Shown here: positions 24,431 to 33,834 of the stretch, one piece after another
Numbering within the stretch: the first letter of the stretch is position 1
Layout of the letters: each line of letters opens with the position of its first letter
Source of the DNA: a virus
Taxonomy: Duplodnaviria > Caudoviricetes
Direction: 5' to 3' (one strand)
DNA length: 35,349 nt
IMG/VR virus record: IMGVR_UViG_3300037424_000915
Span: 1 to 35,349 of that record
Translations under genes and position numbers: made by a program
Notes under the pieces: generated by a model
The model's input: the letters and a program-made list of their open reading frames with translations, nothing else
The model's database searches: none
Told to the model about the DNA's origin: nothing

Positions 24431-24975
24431 TGGCCACGAGCGAGAGACAGTTTCCCATGCAGGACGGCCCCAGCATTCCCTGGCCTCTGGCTGAGCGCAT
24501 CTACTGGGTCTACGTCGACCTGTTTGGGGAAGAGCAGACGCTGGAGAGGTTGGCTCAACGTGGGGGATTGAGCTGGACCGAGATCCCCGTCCTGCGCCAG
24601 CAATACTACCGAAAGCATGGCTGGCTCCCGGACTGGAGGTCGACATTAGGGGACGTGAAGCCGACACCGGAAGAAGTTCTGGCGAAGTACGACGCGGACC
24701 ATCACCACCACAAGGCATGGCTATTCGAGTGCATCGTCAACCTGCGCGCCGCCCTCGCCTTGGCGCTGTCCGAGTTGGAAGCGGTGAAGGCGCGGGAGGA
24801 GGCGCTCATCCGCCTAGCGGCCGTTCTTGGTTTGGCTATGGACGAGCGAGGCTATCTCCGGGCGCAGGCAGACGAAGAATGGCGCGCCCTGCATCCTGAC
24901 CTAACGGAGGCAATCGAGGCCGCCGAGGAGGAGATTTTGGCCGCCTCGGAGCCGCCGGGGGAGGAGGGGACGTGA
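24430..24975 (+). CDS. Phage hypothetical protein
   Basis: TGATG coupling; IPW-x-LAE-x-x-Y...QTLERLAQRGG motif; coiled-coil C-terminus. Confidence 0.6.
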   Translation: MATSERQFPMQDGPSIPWPLAERIYWVYVDLFGEEQTLERLAQRGGLSWTEIPVLRQQYYRKHGWLPDWRSTLGDVKPTPEEVLAKYDADHHHHKAWLFECIVNLRAALALALSELEAVKAREEALIRLAAVLGLAMDERGYLRAQADEEWRALHPDLTEAIEAAEEEILAASEPPGEEGT

Positions 24976-25238
24976 CGGGGGCCAGGATCGAGATCGACAT
25001 GAGCAAGCCCTGTCCGCGTTGCGGCAAGCCAGGCGCGGCGAATGGCGGGCCATGCCTGAAGTGCGTGCTGAAGGCGCTGAATGCGGGGGAGTTCGACGGA
25101 CTTCTTTCCCCATCGACCGTGGGACACCCAGAAGCGAAGCCAGTAGGCGCAGGCGGAGTACATGAGGGTTTGGGGAAAGGAATGGGAGATGACCGAGACC
25201 CGAGCGGCCTACAACGTGGGGCCGATGCCTCGTCCTGA
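24972..25238 (+). CDS. Small zinc-finger hypothetical protein
   Basis: RBS GGAGG; CPRC...CLKC. Confidence 0.5.
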   Translation: MTGARIEIDMSKPCPRCGKPGAANGGPCLKCVLKALNAGEFDGLLSPSTVGHPEAKPVGAGGVHEGLGKGMGDDRDPSGLQRGADASS

Positions 25239-25407
25239 GTACCTCCGCTTGGTGCGGAGCTGGCCGAGGCTGTCTGTGACCACGAAGTACGCTCAGCTGA
25301 TGGCCTTGCGTGGGGGCTCCCAGCGGGCCCACCCCCGTTCGTGCGGCGTGCTGTACCGGGACATGGTGATCCTCGTCGCGGGAGAAGTTCGGGGGAAGGA
25401 TGGCTGA
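25189..25407 (+). CDS. Hypothetical protein
   Basis: Fills the gap before the 25400 gene; start uncertain and overlaps the upstream ORF. Confidence 0.35.
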   Translation: MTETRAAYNVGPMPRPEYLRLVRSWPRLSVTTKYAQLMALRGGSQRAHPRSCGVLYRDMVILVAGEVRGKDG

Positions 25408-25663
25408 TCGGCCCCGAAAGCCCAAGAAGCGAGCGGCGCCTGAGCCGAAGGCCAATGGGCAAGAAACCATCGAGCGGGTGGCGAAGATCACCTGGGCGCT
25501 CGCTCACGGAGAAGGGCTCCGGGTACGGGAGGTTGCCGCGATGACCGGCCTCACCGTGGAAAACGCGCGTCGATACCTCTACAAGATCAGCCGGGTGATC
25601 CCCATCTACGACGACCCTGAGACGCACGTCTGGCAGGCGCTGGCCATGAGGGAGGCGGAATGA
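25400..25663 (+). CDS. Winged-helix regulator (candidate late activator)
   Basis: GEGLRVREVAAMTGLT-x-x-NARRYL HTH; near the end of the early operon before terminase. Confidence 0.65.
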   Translation: MADRPRKPKKRAAPEPKANGQETIERVAKITWALAHGEGLRVREVAAMTGLTVENARRYLYKISRVIPIYDDPETHVWQALAMREAE

Positions 25664-25893
25664 GCATCGAAAGCATGAGCGCTGTGAAGCAGGTTGCACG
25701 ATGGCGGCTTGGGGACATCGCCGAGCGGAAGCACGACCGCAAACTGTTCCGCGTGGTCGGTTTCATCCTGTCGCCGGCTGTCGTTTTCCACGAGATCGTT
25801 CCTGAGGGGGCGCCGGCGCAGGAGATGGTCGAGGTCGGTGACTGCCTCAATGAGCGCAACGGCCTTCGGCACTACGCCAGGGAGGCAGAGTGA
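25660..25893 (+). CDS. Hypothetical protein
   Basis: RBS GGAGG; ATGA coupling. Confidence 0.5.
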   Translation: MSIESMSAVKQVARWRLGDIAERKHDRKLFRVVGFILSPAVVFHEIVPEGAPAQEMVEVGDCLNERNGLRHYAREAE

Positions 25894-26138
25894 CACGGGA
25901 CCACATCATCTTCGGGGCCTTGTTGGTTGGCCTGCTCGATCTGGTTGTGCTTCGCCTGCGCGGCGGGCTGAAGGTCTACCGGCGGGTCGACCTGCGCAAG
26001 TATTCGCAGGATGTCTGGCGAGTTGGCGGCGAAGTGATCGCCACGGGCGTGGATCTGGCCCCGCATGTCTTCGTGGGCATCGTTCGGGCGAGGCGGCGGA
26101 CTCGCTTGGTGCGGATGCGGCATAAGGGGAAGGGCTGA
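25890..26138 (+). CDS. Hypothetical protein with hydrophobic N-terminus
   Basis: RBS GGAGG; GTGA coupling. Confidence 0.5.
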   Translation: MTRDHIIFGALLVGLLDLVVLRLRGGLKVYRRVDLRKYSQDVWRVGGEVIATGVDLAPHVFVGIVRARRRTRLVRMRHKGKG

Positions 26139-26140
26139 GC

Positions 26141-26180
26141 CGTAAGTCAGTTTTAGCCCATCCCGAATGCTAGTCTGATG
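26141..26180 (+). promoter_or_regulatory. Candidate late promoter 1 (upstream of terminase)
   Basis: 32/40 identical to 33835-33874; extended -10-like TGCTAGTCT. Confidence 0.7.
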
Positions 26181-26224
26181 GCTGGCCCTATGCCAGCCAT
26201 CTTCGTTTTCCCCCGTAGGTCCGG

Positions 26225-26818
26225 ATGAGTAAACGCGAGGCCCCGAAACCCCGCAAGCCCGCCCACGTCGGGCACGTCCGCGCGCAGAGCAAGGCGCGCG
26301 TCGCCGTTCGTCGGGTGGAGGTCGCGGCCCTTCTCCTTCGGGGGTTGACTTACCGGGCGATCGCCGCCGAGGTGGGCGTCAAGTCGACCAAGACGATCTT
26401 CGACGACGTCGAGGCCGTTATCGGCGAGTGGCGCAAGGAGCAGAAGCACAACGTCGACGAGTGGGTTGCGCTGGAGCTCTCGAAGATCGGGCAGATCGAG
26501 ACCCGGGCCTGGAGCGCGTGGGAGCGGAGTCAAGAGGACGAGGAGACCGTTTCCACCGAGACAGCCACGGTCACGATCAAGACGGGGCGCGGCAGAGAGG
26601 GGCTCGAGGTGCCGGCGCTGCAGAACCGGGAGACCCGGACGAGGCGTGGGCAGTCAGGGGATCCCCGCTTCCTGACCGTCGTGCTCAAGTGCGTGGTCAA
26701 GCGCTGCGAATTACTGGGTTTGGACAAGCCCAAGAAACTGGACCTGGGGAACGGCAAGGTGATCTTCCTGATGCCTGACAACGGCCGCGGGGATGCGAAG
26801 CGAGATGCTGCAGACTGA
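26225..26818 (+). CDS. Terminase small subunit
   Basis: N-terminal HTH (LLRGLTYRAIAAEVG), GDPRFL...KRCELLGLD-x-P-x-K motif, directly before the large subunit. Confidence 0.75.
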   Translation: MSKREAPKPRKPAHVGHVRAQSKARVAVRRVEVAALLLRGLTYRAIAAEVGVKSTKTIFDDVEAVIGEWRKEQKHNVDEWVALELSKIGQIETRAWSAWERSQEDEETVSTETATVTIKTGRGREGLEVPALQNRETRTRRGQSGDPRFLTVVLKCVVKRCELLGLDKPKKLDLGNGKVIFLMPDNGRGDAKRDAAD

Positions 26819-28220
26819 CGCCCCCGACCTCGAGGTCATGACGCTCGGCCCGCAACAGGGGCCGCAGACCGACTTCCTCACGACGTCGGCCGACATCGCC
26901 ATCTTCGGCGGAGCGGCCGGCGGGGGAAAGACCTGGGGGCTCCTGCTCGAACCGCTGCGCCACGTCTACAACCGCGAGTTCGGCGCCGTCATCTTTCGGC
27001 GCACCTACCCCGAGATCACCCGCGAGGGGGGGATGTGGGACGAGAGCATGCGGCTCTACCCCTCTCTGGGGGGGACGCCGAACGAGAAGGATATGGCCTG
27101 GGAGTTTCCCTCGGGGGCCCGGGTTGCCTTCTCCCACATGCAGCACGAGAAGGACAAGTACAGGTTCAAGGGCGCGCAGATCCCCTTCATGGGCTGGGAT
27201 CAGCTCGAGGACTTCACCGAGAGCCAGTTTTGGTACATGCTCAGCCGCAATCGGTCGACCTGCGGTGTCCGCCCCTACATTCGCGGGACGGTCAACCCTG
27301 ATCCGGAGAGCTTCGTTGCCGCGCTCATTGCCTGGTGGATCGACCAGGAGACCGGCTACGCCATCCCCGAGCGGAGCGGCCGGATCCGCTGGTTCATCCG
27401 GGCGGACAACGAGGAGCTGCTCTGGGCCGATCGGCCCGCCGAGCTCATCAAGCAGCACCCCGACTCGTTGCCCAAGTCGCTGACCTTCATCCTCTCCAGT
27501 ATCTACAACAACCAGATCCTGCTCGAGAAGGATCCCGCCTACCTGGCCAATCTCAAGGCGCTGACGCTGGTCGAGCGCGAGCGACTGCTGGGCGACCCGA
27601 AGCTCGGGGGCAACTGGAAGATCAGGCCTTCGGCCGGGAAGATCTTCGACCGTTCCTGGTTCGAGACCGTGCGGGCCCTACCTGCTGGAGGCGTCGAGTG
27701 CCGCTTCTGGGACTTCGCCGGCACGAAGAAGAAGCTGGTCAAGGACGACCCTGACTACACGGCGAGCTGCAAGATGCGCAAGACCGAGGGCACCTACACG
27801 ATCGCCGATGCGACGGCCGAGCAGCTGGGCCCGGCCGAGGTGGACCGTGTGTTTGTCAACACGACCCGGCAGGACATGGCGGCCGCCGCCCAGGCCGGCG
27901 TCAGGTACATGGTCTGCTGGGAGATCGAGCCCGGCTCGGCTGGGATCCGGGAGACGCGGCGCCTGGCCATGATGGTCGATGGCGTCGAGGCTCGCGGCGT
28001 CCGGGCGCAGGGGGACAAGTTCGTCCGGGCGAAGCCCCTGGCCGCCCAGGCCGAGGTCGGCAACGTGAAGATCCTCCTGGCGCCGTGGAACGAGCGCTGG
28101 CTGAACCACATGCACCGGCAGCCGGACTGGCCTCACGACGACGAGATGGACGCGGCCAGCGGCTCGTACGGCCAGCTCACCACATCGATCCAGCGTCAGG
28201 CAACCAGCTTCCAAGGATAA
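26793..28220 (+). CDS. terL: Terminase large subunit (Terminase_6-type)
   Basis: PQQGPQ, Walker A GGAAGGGKT, GTVNP coupling motif, WDFA and HDDEMDA nuclease motifs. Alternative start at 26805. Confidence 0.95.
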   Translation: MRSEMLQTDAPDLEVMTLGPQQGPQTDFLTTSADIAIFGGAAGGGKTWGLLLEPLRHVYNREFGAVIFRRTYPEITREGGMWDESMRLYPSLGGTPNEKDMAWEFPSGARVAFSHMQHEKDKYRFKGAQIPFMGWDQLEDFTESQFWYMLSRNRSTCGVRPYIRGTVNPDPESFVAALIAWWIDQETGYAIPERSGRIRWFIRADNEELLWADRPAELIKQHPDSLPKSLTFILSSIYNNQILLEKDPAYLANLKALTLVERERLLGDPKLGGNWKIRPSAGKIFDRSWFETVRALPAGGVECRFWDFAGTKKKLVKDDPDYTASCKMRKTEGTYTIADATAEQLGPAEVDRVFVNTTRQDMAAAAQAGVRYMVCWEIEPGSAGIRETRRLAMMVDGVEARGVRAQGDKFVRAKPLAAQAEVGNVKILLAPWNERWLNHMHRQPDWPHDDEMDAASGSYGQLTTSIQRQATSFQG

Positions 28221-28226
28221 GGACAC

Positions 28227-29585
28227 ATGGCCACAGAGATCACCGATCTGCAGCGAGCCTACAAGGCCCTGAGCGGCAAGCGGAAGGCCTACACCGATCT
28301 GTGGGCATACTACGACGGCAAGCAGCCGATGGTCTACACGAGCAAGCGGCTGAAGGACATCTTCAAGGACCTCGATGGCACCTTCAACGAGAACTGGTGC
28401 TCGGTGGTGATCGACTGCGCCACCGACCGGATCAACCTGCGGGGTTTCACCGTGGCTGGCGCCGAGGAGACGGGCCAGAAGCTAACCGAGATCTTCCAGC
28501 AGCTGCAGATCGGGCTGGAGGCCGACGACGTCCACGAGGCTGCCCTGGTGACGGGGGAGGCCTTCCTCATCGCCTGGAAGGAAGACGACGACCCGTTGCC
28601 GCAGGTCTATTACAATGACCCGCGTCTCTGCCACCTGTTCTACGATCCCGAGAACCCGCGCAAGAAGTCCTTCGCCGCCAAGTGGTGGGTGGACGAGCAG
28701 CTCAAGACAAGGCTGACGCTCTACTACCCCGACCGCCTCGAGTATTACATCAGCCGCGGCAAGACCGACGCCCCTGCCAGCGCCAACGCCTTCACACCAC
28801 TGCCAGAGGTCCCGGAGGCCGTCAACCCCTTCGGCGAGATCCCGGTCTTCCACTTCCGGCCGGAGCGGCGGACGATCAAGGGCGACCTGGCCAACGTGGT
28901 CCCCCTGCAGAACGGGATCAACAAGCTGCTCTCGGACATGATGGTGGCGGCGGAATACGGCGCGTTCAAGCAGCGTTGGGTCATCTCCAATAGCGATCTC
29001 ACCAAGTTGAGGAACGCCCCCAACGAAGTCTGGGCCATTCCCGCCGGTGATGGCACCGGGCAGGGCTCCCAGGCCGGGGAGTTCGAGGCCACCGAGCTGG
29101 ACAACTTCATCGGCGCGATCAACAGCCTGGCGACAGCCGCGGCGATCATCAGCCGGACGCCGAAGCACTACCTGTTGAGCCAGGTCGGGGACCCATCGGG
29201 CGAGGCGCTGATGGCGATGGAGGCCCCGCTCAACAAGCGCGTCCAGAACCACATCGATCGTTTCGCCATCACCTGGCGGGAGGTGGCGGCCTTCCTGCTG
29301 AAGCTCTCCGGATCCAGGGAGGTGCCCCTGATCTCGATCATGCCGCAGTTCACCAAGCCCGAGACGGTGCTGCCTGTGACCGAGGCCACCAGCCGCAAGG
29401 CGAACGTCGACTCGGGCGTGCCTCTCGTGACGGCTCTACGCTGGGAGGGCAAGACGCAGGAGGAGATCGATCAGGTGGTGGCGGACAAGGCGGAAGAACG
29501 CAAGGCCTCGCAGGCGAGTCTGGCGAAAGCCTTGCTGGAGCAACAGCGAGCCTTCGATCAGGGCAAACAAGGAGATCAACCATGA
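28227..29585 (+). CDS. Portal protein (SPP1 gp6-like)
   Basis: YYDGKQP, NWC-x-x-V, NPFGEIPVFHF and PSGEAL motifs; 452 aa directly after terL. Confidence 0.93.
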   Translation: MATEITDLQRAYKALSGKRKAYTDLWAYYDGKQPMVYTSKRLKDIFKDLDGTFNENWCSVVIDCATDRINLRGFTVAGAEETGQKLTEIFQQLQIGLEADDVHEAALVTGEAFLIAWKEDDDPLPQVYYNDPRLCHLFYDPENPRKKSFAAKWWVDEQLKTRLTLYYPDRLEYYISRGKTDAPASANAFTPLPEVPEAVNPFGEIPVFHFRPERRTIKGDLANVVPLQNGINKLLSDMMVAAEYGAFKQRWVISNSDLTKLRNAPNEVWAIPAGDGTGQGSQAGEFEATELDNFIGAINSLATAAAIISRTPKHYLLSQVGDPSGEALMAMEAPLNKRVQNHIDRFAITWREVAAFLLKLSGSREVPLISIMPQFTKPETVLPVTEATSRKANVDSGVPLVTALRWEGKTQEEIDQVVADKAEERKASQASLAKALLEQQRAFDQGKQGDQP

Positions 29586-30175
29586 ACCAGATGAGCGAGA
29601 GCGGAGAGGCGGAACACGCGAGCGATGCAGCGCTGGTACGCGCTGGGGGGCTGCAGGAGGCCGCACGGGCACAGGGACGGTTCGATGTCGAGTGCTTCGA
29701 CAAGGACGGCCGGCTGAAGTGGCGCGACACCATCGAGAATGTCGTCACCACGGTCGGGAAGAACCTGGCGCTGGACACCTTCCTCGCCGGGGCGGGCTAC
29801 ACCGTCGTCGGGCCGTTCATGGGCCTGATCTCCTCGGTGTCCTACGGCGCCGGTCCAGTGGTCGGCGACTCGATGGGCTCCCACGCCGGCTGGACCGAGG
29901 CAGGCGCTGCCAACGCCCCAACCTACACCGCCCCGCGCAAGACGTGCGCTTGGTCGGCGGCCGCAGCCGGAGCGAAGGCTCTGTCGGCGGCGCTGGCCTT
30001 CGTCTTCACAGGCGACGGCACCGTCAAGGGCTGCTTCCTGGTGTACGGCACCGGTGCGGTCTCGACCATCGACAACACCAGCGGCATCCTGTACTCCGGT
30101 GGACTGTTCACCGGTGGCGACAAGATCGTGGTGAACACCGACACGCTGAACGTGACGTACACCGCGAGCATGTAA
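29582..30175 (+). CDS. Putative virion structural protein (fibre/appendage-associated)
   Basis: W-x-D-x-I-x-N-x-V-x-T-x-GKN-x-x-LD...SHAGWTE...DTLNVTY beta-rich family seen near tail-fibre genes. Confidence 0.6.
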   Translation: MNQMSESGEAEHASDAALVRAGGLQEAARAQGRFDVECFDKDGRLKWRDTIENVVTTVGKNLALDTFLAGAGYTVVGPFMGLISSVSYGAGPVVGDSMGSHAGWTEAGAANAPTYTAPRKTCAWSAAAAGAKALSAALAFVFTGDGTVKGCFLVYGTGAVSTIDNTSGILYSGGLFTGGDKIVVNTDTLNVTYTASM

Positions 30176-30185
30176 GGAGCCTGCG

Positions 30186-31295
30186 ATGAATGTGATGCGG
30201 CAGCCTGCCACCCACGCTGCACAGCTGGAGCGCTGGCTGGGCGTCGAAGAAGTCCAGCGCCTGGCCGTGGCGATGCGGGGCTGGCATGGCCCGCCGATCC
30301 ACCTGCTCGACACGCCGGGCAGCGTGCAGGTCACCCGCGGCGGGGACTTCATCGGCCACATCGGCCGGGGGCGCTTCGCCGTCGGTCTGGACTGGGCGCT
30401 GCACCGCTACCGGATGCAACAGCAGCTCCGGATGATGGCCGGCTTCACCAGCGTCGGCGACGCACTGGCGCAGGCCTCGCAGGGCCTCAAGTCGCCGGCG
30501 ATGGTCTTCAACAAGGTCGGCTCGACCGGCGTCGTGGGTGTCAGCAGCAGTCTCTGGCGATCCGGTCCGCAGCCGCCTTCCGGAGCGGCGCCGGGCAACG
30601 CGCCAGGGGGCACAGCCTTCGGGGCGGCCACCGTCGGCCGGTTGCCCTACGTGAATCCGGCCGCCGGCACCGGGCACCTAGTGGGGGCCGATGCCAGCGC
30701 CAGCGTCATCAACAACACCCTGCTGCTCTACGACCTGCTCTTCGGCTGCAACAAGACGGTCAACGCCAACACGACCGAGGCGGTCACCGGTGTCCCGACG
30801 CGCTACCAGTCGCAGACGCCGGCCAACCCCGACTACATCGGGGGCAACTTCCTCTTCATCCAGGTCGGTGGCACCCAGCTGGCGGCGACGGCCCACAACC
30901 ATACCGTCGTCACCTACACCGACCAGGGGGGAGCGGCCTCGACCCTTCCGTCGCTGACGGGCAACTCGGCTGCCATCGTAGACCGGCTGGATCATCCGGT
31001 GCAGCAATTCTTCGCCCCGCTGGCGTCGGGCGATGCAGGGGTGAAGGCCCTGACGCAGATGCAGCACTCGGCGGCGATCGCCACGGGCGTCCTCTGGTAC
31101 ATGATCGGCCACCCTATCGGCTTCATGTGCTTCCCGGTGATCAACTCGGCCCTGCCTTTCGACTGGCTGACCAACATGGACCAGGCGCCGCGCATCTTTG
31201 ACGACGCCTGCCTGGCCTTCCTCGAGCTGATGAAGCCGGCGACTGGTGCCACAACCTACTGCGGCCGGGTCGCGGCCACCTACGCCGCGGCATGA
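30186..31295 (+). CDS. Putative virion structural protein
   Basis: RBS TAAGGAG; Gly/Thr/Ala-rich with LLLYDLL, YTDQGG and LASGD-x-GV motifs. Confidence 0.55.
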   Translation: MNVMRQPATHAAQLERWLGVEEVQRLAVAMRGWHGPPIHLLDTPGSVQVTRGGDFIGHIGRGRFAVGLDWALHRYRMQQQLRMMAGFTSVGDALAQASQGLKSPAMVFNKVGSTGVVGVSSSLWRSGPQPPSGAAPGNAPGGTAFGAATVGRLPYVNPAAGTGHLVGADASASVINNTLLLYDLLFGCNKTVNANTTEAVTGVPTRYQSQTPANPDYIGGNFLFIQVGGTQLAATAHNHTVVTYTDQGGAASTLPSLTGNSAAIVDRLDHPVQQFFAPLASGDAGVKALTQMQHSAAIATGVLWYMIGHPIGFMCFPVINSALPFDWLTNMDQAPRIFDDACLAFLELMKPATGATTYCGRVAATYAAA

Positions 31296-32344
31296 AGGAT
31301 CGTAACCTCCGCTGGCGGCACGGCCGGCTGATCCAGACGAACCAGCGCAACTTCTGGCAGGTCACGCTCACCGAGCAGGACCCCGAGATTCCCAACCTCC
31401 CGCTGGAGTCTCCTGCTGGGGGCGGCGTCTTCAACGACAGCGTCGCCGAGGCCGCATCAGCTACCACCAGCCAGGATGCGATCGCCGACTACCATGTGGA
31501 CCGGACCGAAGCGGCAGCCGCGACCGACGCCTCCGTAGCAGCACTGGTCACCCTGGCCGCCATCGTGGAGAGCGCTCCGGCCACCGACCTGCAGAGTGCC
31601 TCCTTCGCTTTTGCTGCTGCTGCAGCTGAGGCGGGGAATGCTGCCGACTCTCCAGCCGCGGTCCAGGCTCGGGCAGCTGGCATTACAGAGCCCGCGCCTG
31701 CCTCAGATGTTCCCAGCGCGCTACAGGCCAGGGCGGCCGCCGCAAGCGAAGCCGCGACAGCGACCGAGACGCCTGCTGCCTCCAAGATCGCCACAGCCGG
31801 CCAGGCGGAAACTGGCAACGTTGCGGACGCACCCAGTGCGGCCCTCGTCGGCCAGGCCTCGCTTATTGAGGCGGCGACAGCCACGGATGCGCCCAGCGCC
31901 AACCGGTTTGCTGTTGCGACGATCGCCGAGGCTGCGGCGGCCACAGATCAGCAGTCCACAGCTGGCGGGGCAGTGTTCGATGACGGCGTCAGTGAGCCGG
32001 CGAGCGCGACGGAGAGTCTCGGTGTGGCCCTCGTGACGCTTGCCACCCAGGTCGAGCTGGCCTCCGCAGACGATCACCAGCAGGCGAGCCTGGTCTCCGC
32101 CAGGGCGGTGTCTGAAGCCGCGGAAGCCACCGACAGTCTCGCCGCTCTTCTCTTCGCTGGCGTGGGGATCTACGAATCCGCGGCTGCGATCGAGTTGGTT
32201 GACGCCATCATCATTGGCGGCACCGTGGGTGAGATGGAACATGGGCAATTTGTTTCGGTAGCAATCGAGACCTCTGCCTCCATGTCTGGGATTGCTTGCG
32301 CAGAGGAAGTGCCTGTGGCCGTTGATGTCGTTGAGGGAGGATAG
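31292..32344 (+). CDS. Ala-rich fibre-like protein with ~13 tandem 20-aa repeats
   Basis: E-x-A-x-A-(T/A)-(D/E) recurs every 20 residues, with one 22-aa unit. Confidence 0.65.
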   Translation: MKDRNLRWRHGRLIQTNQRNFWQVTLTEQDPEIPNLPLESPAGGGVFNDSVAEAASATTSQDAIADYHVDRTEAAAATDASVAALVTLAAIVESAPATDLQSASFAFAAAAAEAGNAADSPAAVQARAAGITEPAPASDVPSALQARAAAASEAATATETPAASKIATAGQAETGNVADAPSAALVGQASLIEAATATDAPSANRFAVATIAEAAAATDQQSTAGGAVFDDGVSEPASATESLGVALVTLATQVELASADDHQQASLVSARAVSEAAEATDSLAALLFAGVGIYESAAAIELVDAIIIGGTVGEMEHGQFVSVAIETSASMSGIACAEEVPVAVDVVEGG

Positions 32345-32348
32345 CTTC

Positions 32349-32639
32349 ATGCTCTATATCGAAGGTGATGCAACAGACCTCAGCTGGTCCTTTACCAACA
32401 AGGCCACGGGCGCGCCGGCGGATCCTTCTGCACTGGTCTTGAAGGTTCGCTCTCCGCGCAGTGGCACACGCACCTACACCTATGGCGTCGATCAGGAGCT
32501 CGTGCGCGATTCCGAGGGCGAGTACAGCTTCCATCTCGACCTGAACGCTGGCGGTCACTGGCATTGGAGGATTGTTGGCAGCGGCGTCGCGCAGCGCGCC
32601 ATGCAGCGCGGGATCTACGTCAAGCCCGCCAAGGTCTAG
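32349..32639 (+). CDS. Small beta-sandwich protein (BppU N-terminal/Ig-like)
   Basis: ATG after GGAGG; GD...F...ADP...RDS-x-G-x-Y...G-x-W-x-WR motif. Confidence 0.6.
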   Translation: MLYIEGDATDLSWSFTNKATGAPADPSALVLKVRSPRSGTRTYTYGVDQELVRDSEGEYSFHLDLNAGGHWHWRIVGSGVAQRAMQRGIYVKPAKV

Positions 32640-32649
32640 GGGTACGCCG

Positions 32650-32829
32650 TTGAGCGACCAAGACGTCCACGTCGTGCCACCGAACGACCTGCTGGAGCAC
32701 AGCACCGACTCGGGCGAGTGCATGTGCGACCCGCGGGTCATCGTCGATGGGGCCGTGCTGATCTACGTCCACAACTCCTACGACGGGCGAGAAGACAGGG
32801 AGCCAGTTCGAGAGGATCCACGTGCCTGA
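32650..32829 (+). CDS. Small His/Cys metal-binding hypothetical protein
   Basis: HVVP-x-ND-x-x-EH...C-x-C-x-P...VHNS-x-DGRE. Confidence 0.6.
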   Translation: MSDQDVHVVPPNDLLEHSTDSGECMCDPRVIVDGAVLIYVHNSYDGREDREPVREDPRA

Positions 32830-33823
32830 CACCCCGACGGTCGTGCTCCTCGCCCTGCAGCACAAGGTCGAGCTCCTCCTGCAGGAGCAGGGCCAGATGG
32901 ACGACATGGCCAGGCGCTGGCTCGGAGTGGAGAGCGCCCTCGAAGCGCAGATGACCGCGCTGGCCGAGGAGCTCGCACGCATGCGCGACGCCGGCAAGTC
33001 GATCGAGGCTTGGCGGCTCTTCGAGCTCGAGCGCTACCGGACGCTTCTCAGCCAGGCCGAGAGTCAGATCGGCCAGTATTCCTCGTACGCCGGCAAGCTG
33101 ATCACCGGGAGGCAAGAGGAGTTGGCCGACCTGGGGATCGAGCACGCGGCCGAGGCGATCCGCATGTCGTACCTGGGTGCCGGCGGCCGGGTCGGATCCT
33201 ACTTCAATGTCCTGCCCGTCGATGCGATCGAGCAGATGATCGGCTTCGCCGGCGACGGCACTCCCCTCAATACGCTGCTCAGGGGGAGCTGGCCGGACGC
33301 GGTCGACGGGCTGACCCAGGCCCTCGTCGATGGGACGGCCCTCGGGCGCAACCCGCGCGAGGTGGCCAGGGAGATGCGGGACGGACTCTCCCAGGGGTTG
33401 GACCGCATGCTGACGATCGCCCGCACCGAGCAGCTGCGAACCTATCGGGAAGCGGCCAGGAGCCAGTACCAGGAGAGCGGCCTGGTCAACTCCTACAAGC
33501 GGATCGCGGCCATCGACGCGTGCATCGCCTGCATCGCCCTGGACGGAGAGGTCTACCCGGCCGACGAGCCGCTCGAGATCCACCCCAACGATCGCTGCGG
33601 CATGATCCCTGTCGTCGAAGGCCTGCCGGAGATCGAGTATCAGACCGGCGCCGATCGGTTTGCCGAACTCCCCGAGGACGAGCAGCGATCCATGATGGGC
33701 AACGAGGCCTATCAGCTCTACGCCGATGGCCAGGTCGGCCTGAGTGACTTCGCCGTCCACTCCGACTCGGCTGACTGGGGGCCCTCGATCCACACGGCGA
33801 CGCTCGCCGATCTGCAAGGCTAG
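32822..33823 (+). CDS. Minor head protein, MuF/SPP1 gp7-like
   Basis: G-x-NPREVAR, TIARTEQLR-x-YR, CIAC-x-ALDG and HPNDRC motifs. Confidence 0.88.
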   Translation: MPDTPTVVLLALQHKVELLLQEQGQMDDMARRWLGVESALEAQMTALAEELARMRDAGKSIEAWRLFELERYRTLLSQAESQIGQYSSYAGKLITGRQEELADLGIEHAAEAIRMSYLGAGGRVGSYFNVLPVDAIEQMIGFAGDGTPLNTLLRGSWPDAVDGLTQALVDGTALGRNPREVAREMRDGLSQGLDRMLTIARTEQLRTYREAARSQYQESGLVNSYKRIAAIDACIACIALDGEVYPADEPLEIHPNDRCGMIPVVEGLPEIEYQTGADRFAELPEDEQRSMMGNEAYQLYADGQVGLSDFAVHSDSADWGPSIHTATLADLQG

Positions 33824-33834
33824 ACCCTTCCCCG

